Shown: in pieces, positions 30,506 through 38,535 of the stretch
Numbering within the stretch: position 1 is the stretch's first letter
Layout: each line of letters opens with the position of its first letter
Assembly (NCBI GenBank): GCA_965215125.1
Contig: OZ244052.1
Location: 672,001 to 736,000, forward strand
DNA from: an uncultured candidatus Porisulfidus sp.
GTDB taxonomy: Bacteria; Pseudomonadota; Gammaproteobacteria; Poriferisulfidales; Oxydemutatoraceae
Direction of reading: 5' to 3'
DNA: 64,000 bases
Program-made: the position numbers and the translations under genes
Notes under the pieces: generated by a model
The model's database searches: none
What the model was told of the DNA's origin: nothing
The model's input: the letters and a program-made list of their open reading frames with translations, nothing else

Positions 30506-31534
30506 ATGAATTCAGATAGTATTTTGCAAATAGATGGTATTTGTATCGAAGCCGGGGAGCGCAAAAAGATCAACATAAATGTTGCCCGCCTTTATGACTT
30601 TACAGAGATGAACATCCCTGTGGAAGTCATGAGAGGTCACGAAGATGGACCTCGATTATTTGTATGTGCAGCGATACATGGTGATGAAATTAATGGCACT
30701 GAAATCATAAAGCGTCTGCTAAAACACAGGGCACTTAGGAACATAAAAGGCACTCTTATTGCCGTGCCAATTGTTAATGTATTCGGTTACAATACCAAAT
30801 CGCGTTATTTGCCTGATCGACGAGATCTGAACCGTCACTTTCCGGGATCAGAGCAAGGTTCGCTTGCCGGTCAATTAGCTCATACGTTTATGACCGAAAT
30901 CATTGATCAATGCACTCACGGTGTTGATTTTCATACGGGCGCAATTCATCACTCAAACCTCCCGCAAATTCGTGCCGACTTGGATGATCCTAAAACAAAT
31001 GAGCTCGCTCATGCCTTTAACGTACCGGTGATGATTAATTCCAAACTGCCCGACGGCTCATTGCGTGAGGCTGCGAGAGAGCGCAAAATCCCAATACTTT
31101 TATTTGAAGGAGGCGAAGCACTGCGTCATGATGAACATGTCATCAAATCCGGCCTTAACGGCATCCTAACGCTCATGAATGAAATCGGCATGATTGATTT
31201 TGATAAGAGGGAAAAAGCCGAAGATGATCAACTTTTTATTGCTTTATCCAGTACATGGATTCGTGCTCCACAGAGTGGGAGTTTGAGACAAATCAAATAT
31301 ATTGGAAACAGGGTCACGAAAGGTCAGTTGCTCGGGGTTATTTCAGATCCTTTCGGTGTTAACAAGGCGGAAATCAGAGCAAGTTGTACGGGTATCATCA
31401 TTGGTGCCGTCACGATGCCATTGCTCAATAGAGGCGATGCTGTTTTTCACATAGCATCCTTTGACAATTCCAGAGAAGTAAAAGAACAGGTTGATGATTT
31501 TCTTGATGAGAATCTAGAGCCGGTAAAACCATAA
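30506..31534 (+). CDS. Succinylglutamate desuccinylase/aspartoacylase (M14) family protein
   Basis: AAIHGDEING, RDLNRHFPG, DFHTG, FEGGEA; C-terminal biotinyl-like domain. Confidence 0.92.
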   Translation: MNSDSILQIDGICIEAGERKKININVARLYDFTEMNIPVEVMRGHEDGPRLFVCAAIHGDEINGTEIIKRLLKHRALRNIKGTLIAVPIVNVFGYNTKSRYLPDRRDLNRHFPGSEQGSLAGQLAHTFMTEIIDQCTHGVDFHTGAIHHSNLPQIRADLDDPKTNELAHAFNVPVMINSKLPDGSLREAARERKIPILLFEGGEALRHDEHVIKSGLNGILTLMNEIGMIDFDKREKAEDDQLFIALSSTWIRAPQSGSLRQIKYIGNRVTKGQLLGVISDPFGVNKAEIRASCTGIIIGAVTMPLLNRGDAVFHIASFDNSREVKEQVDDFLDENLEPVKP

Positions 31535-31548
31535 TAATGAGATAGGAT

Positions 31549-32919
31549 ATGACGAACAAAATTATAATAGGAAAGGAAGAGTGGTGCGGACTGAACGAGC
31601 TGGGACTGCCGGCGATTAAAGCACGGGTGGACTCGGGAGCTAAAACATCATCACTACACGCATTTAATATCCATCAGTTTGAGGAAGATGGGAAACGCTA
31701 TGTGCATTTTGACATCCATCCTATTCAGAATGACCGCAAAACCATTCAAAGCTGCCGTGGTTTGGTCGTTGATAAACGTGAGGTGAAAAGCTCAAGTGGC
31801 GATAAAGAGCGTCGCCCGGTGATCAAAACACCAATTACGCTCGGTAATGAAACATGGGAAATTGAAGTCACGCTCACTAACCGTGACCCAATGGGTTATC
31901 GTATGCTTATCGGGCGTGAAGCGATGACTAATCGCGTATTAATCGATCCGGATAGTTCTTTCTGTCTTGGTACGGTTTCCACCGATGAAGTGAAAAAACA
32001 TTATGGTACGGTAAAGCCTAGAGAAAACGGTCTGCGTATTATAGTGCTTGCCAGCAACCCGGAGCTTTATTCGAACAAACGTTTAATTGAAGCAGGTGAG
32101 GAGCGTGGTCACGAAATGCGCTTTGTAAACATCAGTCAGTGTTACATGAACATCAGCTCAGACAGACCGGAAGTGCATTATCGTGGAGGTCAGCTATTAG
32201 ATGATGTAGATGCTATTATCCCACGCATTAAACCTTCAATGACATTTTATGGCTGCGCTGTTGCTCGTCAGTTTCAATCTACCGGAGCCTACTGCCTGAA
32301 CGATTCAGTTTCCATTTCCCGATCACGCGACAAGCTACGCTCGTTGCAGCTACTATCTACCAAAGGAGTTCCTATGCCGACAACAGGCTTTGCAAATTCT
32401 CCGATGGATACTTCTGATATTATTAAAATGGTAGGCGGTGCCCCTTTGGTAATCAAGCTATTAGAGGGAACACAGGGAAAAGGCGTAGTGCTGGCTGAAA
32501 CAGCGAAGGCTGCAGAAAGTGTGATCAATGCCTTCAAGAGCTTACGAGCCAATATTTTAGCTCAAGAGTTTATTAAAGAAGCGGATGGCAAGGATTTACG
32601 ATGTTTTATTATAGATGGTAAGGTAGTTGGTTCCATTCAGCGTGAGGCTGCGGCAGGAGAGTTTCGTGCTAACCTTCATCTTGGTGGATCTGCAAGTTTT
32701 GTCAAGATTACCGCAGAAGAGCGTAAAATAGCAGTAAATGCTGCTAAAACTATGGGGCTTCAAGTGGCAGGTGTTGACATCATACGCTCTAAGTCCGGAC
32801 CCAAAGTTTTGGAGATAAACTCCTCTCCTGGATTGGAAGGAATTGAATCTATCACTGAAAAAGACATAGCGGGTATGATGATTCAGTGTATTGAGCGCAA
32901 GCTAAGAGAAGCACCTTAA
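31549..32919 (+). CDS. rimK: RimB-like aspartic protease domain fused to RimK ATP-grasp glutamate ligase
   Basis: First ~140 aa: [33 protein letters not shown]; remainder: [54 protein letters not shown]. Confidence 0.92.
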   Translation: MTNKIIIGKEEWCGLNELGLPAIKARVDSGAKTSSLHAFNIHQFEEDGKRYVHFDIHPIQNDRKTIQSCRGLVVDKREVKSSSGDKERRPVIKTPITLGNETWEIEVTLTNRDPMGYRMLIGREAMTNRVLIDPDSSFCLGTVSTDEVKKHYGTVKPRENGLRIIVLASNPELYSNKRLIEAGEERGHEMRFVNISQCYMNISSDRPEVHYRGGQLLDDVDAIIPRIKPSMTFYGCAVARQFQSTGAYCLNDSVSISRSRDKLRSLQLLSTKGVPMPTTGFANSPMDTSDIIKMVGGAPLVIKLLEGTQGKGVVLAETAKAAESVINAFKSLRANILAQEFIKEADGKDLRCFIIDGKVVGSIQREAAAGEFRANLHLGGSASFVKITAEERKIAVNAAKTMGLQVAGVDIIRSKSGPKVLEINSSPGLEGIESITEKDIAGMMIQCIERKLREAP

Positions 32920-33151
32920 GATCTTCGTTTATAAACTGTTCATCATGAACCGATAAACAAAAAAACACTCACTAGCAGAACCAGCTCCACACCATTACTT
33001 ATCCAAAAGCCGTAATCATATTTTCGGATTTTTTGCTCATAATTTATAAAATCAATTTATTTGACATTCTTGCATAGATTAGTAGATAATCAATAGCGAA
33101 TTTAAACTGAACTAGAGGTTTATTAAATCTTCATTCCCTGAACAAGTAAAG

Positions 33152-33224
33152 TGGGTCGTATAGGATTCGAACCTATGACCATCGGGTTAAAAGCCCGGTG
33201 CTCTACCAGCTGAGCTAACGACCC
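33152..33224 (-). tRNA. tRNA-Lys(UUU), CCA not encoded
   Basis: GGGTCGTTAGCTCAGCTGGTAGAGCACCGGGCTTTTAACCCGATGGTCATAGGTTCGAATCCTATACGACCCA folds as a cloverleaf with anticodon TTT. Confidence 0.97.
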
Positions 33225-33296
33225 ACCGAAAACATCGGTGCCGAAATAAAGCGCAAAACCGCCTACTCGGGAGGCAACCATGCTTTTCCAGCGATG

Positions 33297-33324
33297 AGTA
33301 TAAAAGCATTTTTATTATTGTCAA
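33297..33324 (-). promoter_or_regulatory. Sigma-70 promoter of tRNA-Lys
   Basis: Minus strand TTGACA-N16-TATACT about 70 bp upstream of the tRNA; a 16-bp spacer is typical of stable-RNA promoters. Confidence 0.7.
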
Positions 33325-33533
33325 ATAATAATGGCAATTTTAATATAAAATCCTCGTTATCGGGGAATATAAAGTGATTCCTTTTAGGATCGGATAAATA
33401 ATGATGTCGGAATACCGACTAAAAATGCATAACACGAACGGGTATCCTAATTTCACGATACAGCTTTCGGTGTCGTTGCAGGCAGATCAATGCCTACCAG
33501 TCTCATTCGCGCACGGACTACGGATAAGATCGA

Positions 33534-33809
33534 TTACTTGGATGTATTATGATTGTCTTTCTTCTTGAAACGATCTATGAAATCCCAAATAGCAGTTAAA
33601 AATTTCATTGTGATCCAACCAGCAGCCGAAAATTGTATAAGAAAGCCCAGCCATTGAGAAATCGGGTTGTTTGTTTCTATTCCTAACTCCGCTAGGAACA
33701 TACCGAATATTCCTATCGCTATTGCTGCGAGTAATTCAGTAAAACTTACAGCATCATTGTTTGTGTTCCTTTGCCGATATTTATATTCAAAGGTGTCGGT
33801 TGTCTCCAT
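33534..33809 (-). CDS. Small hypothetical membrane protein (2 predicted TM)
   Basis: METTDTF start after a GAGGGAG RBS; two hydrophobic segments and a basic tail; family not recognised. Confidence 0.55.
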   Translation of the reverse strand: METTDTFEYKYRQRNTNNDAVSFTELLAAIAIGIFGMFLAELGIETNNPISQWLGFLIQFSAAGWITMKFLTAIWDFIDRFKKKDNHNTSK

Positions 33810-34014
33810 TGATAATCTCCCTCTACAAACTCTTTCCACTATGTATGAGATATAGAGAACTATAACATAACACGATGCCACATACTTCAATTTCTTGACA
33901 CCCTCTCCCCGTATCAGTTATATTTACATATACTATGACAGTTCAATGCTAACTCCCGGACATAAGCTGTTATAATTTAGACTTTAGAACCATCACATCA
34001 GTAGAGGTATTTTC

Positions 34015-34335
34015 ATGTTTGATTTTTTAAAGAAAAAGCCCGGTAAATTTAATGTAACCATTGCCAACACAGGACAGACTTTCGAAGTGGAGGGCAAAAT
34101 AAATCTTTTGCAAGCCGCATTGAATGCAGGCATCAAATGGCCCCACGATTGTAGGGTCGGGAGTTGCGGCACTTGCAGGTGTATCTTAAAAGAAGGGAAA
34201 ATAAAGCCACTCAACGATTTTAGTTATGTACTCGACAAGGAGCAGACGGACAAGGGCATGATTTTAGCCTGTCAGAGTAGGCTGACTAGCGATATTACCG
34301 TTGAAGTTGATTTTGACCAAGGCGCATTGCGCTAA
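34015..34335 (+). CDS. Stand-alone plant-type 2Fe-2S ferredoxin
   Basis: PHDCRVGSCGTC...ILACQ. Confidence 0.92.
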   Translation: MFDFLKKKPGKFNVTIANTGQTFEVEGKINLLQAALNAGIKWPHDCRVGSCGTCRCILKEGKIKPLNDFSYVLDKEQTDKGMILACQSRLTSDITVEVDFDQGALR

Positions 34336-34364
34336 GCAATTCAGCTTCGGCTATTGCCTATAAA

Positions 34365-35408
34365 GTGCATTCGCCGTTTCCCGTCAAAACAACCGCTAGA
34401 CGCAGATTTATTTTACTGCTGGTATTTTCACTGCCGGTTGCTTTTTTAATATCCCTCAAACAAGGCACCGTCGCCATAGAGTGGCAAGAACTTTTTTCGG
34501 TATTCGGCCTAGCTCAGCAATCGGTAGATAAAACTGCCCGTATTATCCTGTTGGAGCTTAGACTGCCCCGACTTTTAATCGTGGCAACTACGGGTGCAGC
34601 ACTCGCTTTATCGGGTGCCGTGATGCAAGGGATATTCAGAAACGCACTAGCAGATCCAGCCTTGCTGGGTATTTCATCGGGCGGTGCCCTAGCCGTTGTT
34701 TTGATCCTCGTTACCGGCATCGCACCGTTATCGTGGACCGCCGAGAGTGCCTTGTTTCTACCTAGTGTTGCCTTCTTAGGTGGCATCGTCGTCGCCGTGT
34801 TTATTTATCGGGTAGCTCGACGACACGATTTTTTGGACAACACCGTCCTCTTGCTAATCGGCATTGCAATCAACGCACTGACTGCCGCAGCCATAGGTTT
34901 TATTACCTTCATTAGCACCGATGCAGCGTTGCGCGGTTTCATTTTCTGGATGTTCGGTAGCTTTGCCGATATCGATTGGACATATCTTTTTCCGGTTGTC
35001 GTATTGATGTTGCCTGCATTTATTTTTCTCTTAGGTATGGCGCGACCCTTAAACGCACTGTCGCTGGGCGACGAAGATACCGTCTATTTAGGATTTAATA
35101 TTGAGCGCATTAAAAAAACGGCTTTATTGTGCGTTGCTCTATGCGTCTGCGTATCGGTTGCCGTCGCCGGCATTATCGGTTTCGTGGGGCTGATCGTGCC
35201 GCATCTGGTTCGCCTGGTTATCGGTGCCGATCACCGTTTTCTGTTACCGGCGACTGCCATAACCGGCGCATTGTTTCTATTGCTTGCCGATACGATTGTG
35301 CGTGTGATATTACAACCTTCCGAACTACCTATCGGAATATTAACGGCAATGGTTGGCGTGCCTTTTTTCGTTTTGTTGGTATTAAAACGATACGGTGAGA
35401 AATTATGA
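34365..35408 (+). CDS. hmuU: Heme/iron-chelate ABC permease (FecCD family, HmuU-like)
   Basis: LRLPR, QGIFRNALADP, FWMFGS, GIIGFVGLIVPH, ELPIGILTA. Confidence 0.85.
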   Translation: MHSPFPVKTTARRRFILLLVFSLPVAFLISLKQGTVAIEWQELFSVFGLAQQSVDKTARIILLELRLPRLLIVATTGAALALSGAVMQGIFRNALADPALLGISSGGALAVVLILVTGIAPLSWTAESALFLPSVAFLGGIVVAVFIYRVARRHDFLDNTVLLLIGIAINALTAAAIGFITFISTDAALRGFIFWMFGSFADIDWTYLFPVVVLMLPAFIFLLGMARPLNALSLGDEDTVYLGFNIERIKKTALLCVALCVCVSVAVAGIIGFVGLIVPHLVRLVIGADHRFLLPATAITGALFLLLADTIVRVILQPSELPIGILTAMVGVPFFVLLVLKRYGEKL

Positions 35409-36184
35409 CACATTATTTGACATCGCACGATTTGAGTTATCGTGTCGGGCGGGCTTGTCTGCTTGACCGAATCAATAGCCGCTTCAACAAAGGTCAAGTC
35501 AATATGTTGATCGGAAATAACGGTGCAGGTAAAACAACGTTGTTGCGCCTATTGGCGGGCTTTTTGAGGCCCGGTTCGGGCTCAATTTCCATAGACGGAG
35601 ATAGTCTATCCGACCTCAACCTTAGAGAACTGGCACGTCGTCGGGCGGTATTACCGCAACACGACGCACTCAATACGGTTTTTAGCGTAGACGAGGTTAT
35701 AAGTTTTGCCGAACTGCCTTTTAGCGATCAATCGGAAAATCGATACACTGTAGCGCATCTCAAAAAGTTAAAGGAGGAAATTATAGAAGCACTGGAAATT
35801 AAAGATTTACAAGATCGGTTATACCACACTTTGTCCGGTGGTGAGAAGCAGCGCGTGCGGCTTGCGCGCGTGATACTGCAAGCCAAATTAGGTGAACAAG
35901 GTAAAGGTTGGTTGTTACTTGACGAGCCGCTAACTTCTCTGGATTGGGGGCATTGCCATAAATTGCTCAATTATCTGCACCACCTAGCAACCGAAGGTTT
36001 AGGGATATTAGCGATAATGCATGATCTCAATTCGGTATTACAATACGCCGATGAAGTTTGTATGCTTCACCGAGGACGAGTGTATGCAACCGGACGCAGT
36101 GCCGATGTATTAAACGAAAAAAACATGAAAAATGTTTTTAATATCACTCCTGATTTTTGCAAACCACCCACAGGGGCAGAATAA
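35405..36184 (+). CDS. hmuV: Heme ABC transporter ATPase (HmuV-like)
   Basis: GNNGAGKTT, LARRRAVLPQ, LSGGEKQRVRLARV, LLLDEP, HDLN. Confidence 0.85.
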   Translation: MTHYLTSHDLSYRVGRACLLDRINSRFNKGQVNMLIGNNGAGKTTLLRLLAGFLRPGSGSISIDGDSLSDLNLRELARRRAVLPQHDALNTVFSVDEVISFAELPFSDQSENRYTVAHLKKLKEEIIEALEIKDLQDRLYHTLSGGEKQRVRLARVILQAKLGEQGKGWLLLDEPLTSLDWGHCHKLLNYLHHLATEGLGILAIMHDLNSVLQYADEVCMLHRGRVYATGRSADVLNEKNMKNVFNITPDFCKPPTGAE

Positions 36185-36230
36185 AGCCGCCGATTGAACC
36201 GGTAGGTCAATCGGCAATTCAATGATATCC
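36172..36230 (+). repeat. Repeat family A, copy overlapping the hmuV stop
   Basis: AGGGGCAGAATAAAGCCGCCGATTGAACCGGTAGGTCAATCGGCAATTC matches 15221-15269. Confidence 0.88.
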
Positions 36231-36406
36231 ACCCCCAAATAGTATGCCGACACCATTACCGCACTCACCCATCAATTTATGAAAACCATAATTGGAGTGC
36301 GCGTAGCGGTTGAGATAGTACAAGTACAACACTTTAGGGAAGGCATACTAAGCTAAAGAGGAATAGTCTGCCTTACGGGTAGGAATCGTGATCGGTTGGT
36401 GCTATA

Positions 36407-37678
36407 TCATTGTGCATCGCCGACCGGTGCGGCGAATGCATCGCCGGCGAGTTCGGCTATGTTGGCACCGGTTAAAGTTTTAAGAAACGCAAGCAGTGCT
36501 TGCTTTTCTTGTTGCTTAAGTGCTAACGCTTTAATCAGAGGGCTCAACCTAGGGTTTGGTATACCCCCTTTGTCGTAGAATTCAATGACTGCTTCCAAGG
36601 TTGTCAGTTGACCGTTGTGCATATACGGTGCGCTGAGTTCTATATTACGCAGTGTAGGCGTTAGGTATTTCCATAAATCGGTCGGATTTTCGCTCACTTC
36701 GTATCGTCCTAAATCGTTTCTCATAGTTTGTCGGCTTTGCGATACCGAATTGATTAATTCGCTTTTGACATCTACGAAAGTGCCCGGTGCCAGTTGCACG
36801 CGATAAGTCGAAGGTTCCTTACTCATCGCAATATCGTAACCCAGACCGGTATTATGTAGCGAGTTGTCGGTGAACAATGCGTATTCTTCACCGATTAAAT
36901 GGCATGCGGAACAAGCCCCCTTGCCGGTGAATATCTCAAAACCAAGCTGTTCTTCTTCGTTCAACAGTGCCCTTTCATCACCGTAGTACCAGCGATCAAA
37001 ACGGGAGTTTGCAGAGATTAGCGTGCGCTGATATTGAGCGAGTGCCATTCCTATGGTCTCCATAGAAGCCGAGCGACCGAATGCCTTTTCAAACAAACCA
37101 TCATAATCTTTGATCTTGTTAATTTTTTGTATTACATAGCCTATCGAAGGATTTGCCATTTCGTTGCGTGCCAACATCGGTGTCCATACTTGATTTTCCA
37201 ATGTGAATTCTCTGCCGTCGTGGAATAGCATCGTCTTATAGGCAACATTGAGTATCGTCGGCGCATTGCGCCGCACACTGCGACCTTCTACACCAACCGA
37301 AGTTTGGTGTTCGTTATTGGCAAAACCCATTTCGGGTACGTGGCAAATAGCACACGACATCGTGTCGTTGATAGACAGCCGCCTATCAAAAAATAATCGT
37401 CTGCCGAGTTCAATCCCTGTACGGTTGAGCGGATTGTCGGGCGGGTGTTGTACCGGCGGTACGCCGAGTTGTGAAGTGGTGGCTACTTTGTAAAGATCCG
37501 CTGCCACACCGATCCGTTCCATCAGGCTTTCGGTTCGGGTTGCATAATCGGATGACTCATAGCCGTCGCGCACATCACCCGAACGCGGTAATGTCTGATT
37601 TGCCGACCAAGCCACCGACAGTAATACAACGGCAATGATGCCACCGAAGGTGTTTAAGATAGGAACACGCCTATTCAT
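36407..37678 (-). CDS. Di-heme cytochrome c peroxidase/MauG family protein
   Basis: Signal peptide, LGRRLFFDRRLS, CAICH, RNAPT, CSACH, TPTLRNI..APYMHNG. Confidence 0.93.
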   Translation of the reverse strand: MNRRVPILNTFGGIIAVVLLSVAWSANQTLPRSGDVRDGYESSDYATRTESLMERIGVAADLYKVATTSQLGVPPVQHPPDNPLNRTGIELGRRLFFDRRLSINDTMSCAICHVPEMGFANNEHQTSVGVEGRSVRRNAPTILNVAYKTMLFHDGREFTLENQVWTPMLARNEMANPSIGYVIQKINKIKDYDGLFEKAFGRSASMETIGMALAQYQRTLISANSRFDRWYYGDERALLNEEEQLGFEIFTGKGACSACHLIGEEYALFTDNSLHNTGLGYDIAMSKEPSTYRVQLAPGTFVDVKSELINSVSQSRQTMRNDLGRYEVSENPTDLWKYLTPTLRNIELSAPYMHNGQLTTLEAVIEFYDKGGIPNPRLSPLIKALALKQQEKQALLAFLKTLTGANIAELAGDAFAAPVGDAQ

Positions 37679-38415
37679 CCGCTCACTTGCGGACGATTTT
37701 CTTGCAGTATGGTTTTGATATCGTTTAAGACGATATTCGGATGTAAATAACTAACGCTATAGATATTTCGTATATAGCCTTGTTTGTCTATTAAAAAGGA
37801 TTTTAATACATGGGCAAAGTTTACTTTTTCGGTATCACCTTCTTTTTCAACGGTTTTGAATACAAACTGCCCGTATTCATCGAGTATAGGGTCTAGTTGT
37901 TCTTGCGAACGGGTTGTCGCGAATACCCACTCAACGGCACCGTCCTTCTTAAAATCCTCGCCGTAAGATTTCATCGCATCGGGGGTGTCCCTTTCCGGGT
38001 CAAAGCTCAATGTGATTAGGCGTATATCGCCGTTCATCGCCGAATTTTCTTTTAAGGTCTTATTCATCGAATGCATCACGAAGGTCGTCAAAGGACAGCC
38101 GTTGACATCCGAACAACTGGTATAGATAAAAGATAGCAACACAGCTTTGTCTCCTATATATTCGTCGAGATTCGCTTTATCACCATTGCTTAATAAAATC
38201 TCGCCGCTGCCAGCTTTTTTGATCCGTGGCAGTTTGTAGGTACCGACCTCGGGCGGTGTGAAATCCAATTCACCCCAGCCGGGGGCTAGTATTTCGGTTT
38301 TCTGCTCGGGAATCTCTTCGCTCTTCGGGATCGCTGGGGTCGTCGTTGCATATTGCCAGCTGAGCGCGGCTAAAATTACGATAACCGCAACGATGTAAAA
38401 ACCACGTCGCATCAT
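37675..38415 (-). CDS. SCO/SenC-family copper chaperone
   Basis: N-terminal anchor, FIYTSCSDVNGCP, SFDPERDTP, conserved His in FAH, LID..G.IRNIY. Confidence 0.9.
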   Translation of the reverse strand: MMRRGFYIVAVIVILAALSWQYATTTPAIPKSEEIPEQKTEILAPGWGELDFTPPEVGTYKLPRIKKAGSGEILLSNGDKANLDEYIGDKAVLLSFIYTSCSDVNGCPLTTFVMHSMNKTLKENSAMNGDIRLITLSFDPERDTPDAMKSYGEDFKKDGAVEWVFATTRSQEQLDPILDEYGQFVFKTVEKEGDTEKVNFAHVLKSFLIDKQGYIRNIYSVSYLHPNIVLNDIKTILQENRPQVSG

Positions 38416-38535
38416 ACATAAACTCCTTTATAATCCAAACAATTGCATGTCTTCTAATACTATAACTTTATATATAATACTATATTAGAACAAAAAATGT
38501 CATTCGCAATTTATCTATACGTTCGTCGTCATCTA

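Larger units (their letters stand above)
29007..33150. mobile_element. Putative degenerate genomic islet at the tRNA-Lys 3' end
   Basis: Abuts the tRNA 3' end; holds an HTH pseudogene and three accessory genes; CAAGTAAA at both 29007-29014 and 33143-33150; no integrase seen. Confidence 0.45.

Noticed and set aside
32920-33060. Hydrophobic minus-strand peptide (YDYGFWISNGVELVLLVSVFLFIGS) as a gene remnant
   Set aside because: No start or RBS and no recognisable family; too short to call
38518-38527. Additional AlgR-like boxes (TACGTTCGTC here; ACAGTTCGTC near 63054-63063)
   Set aside because: Mismatched, no partner at 21 bp, and poorly placed relative to gene starts
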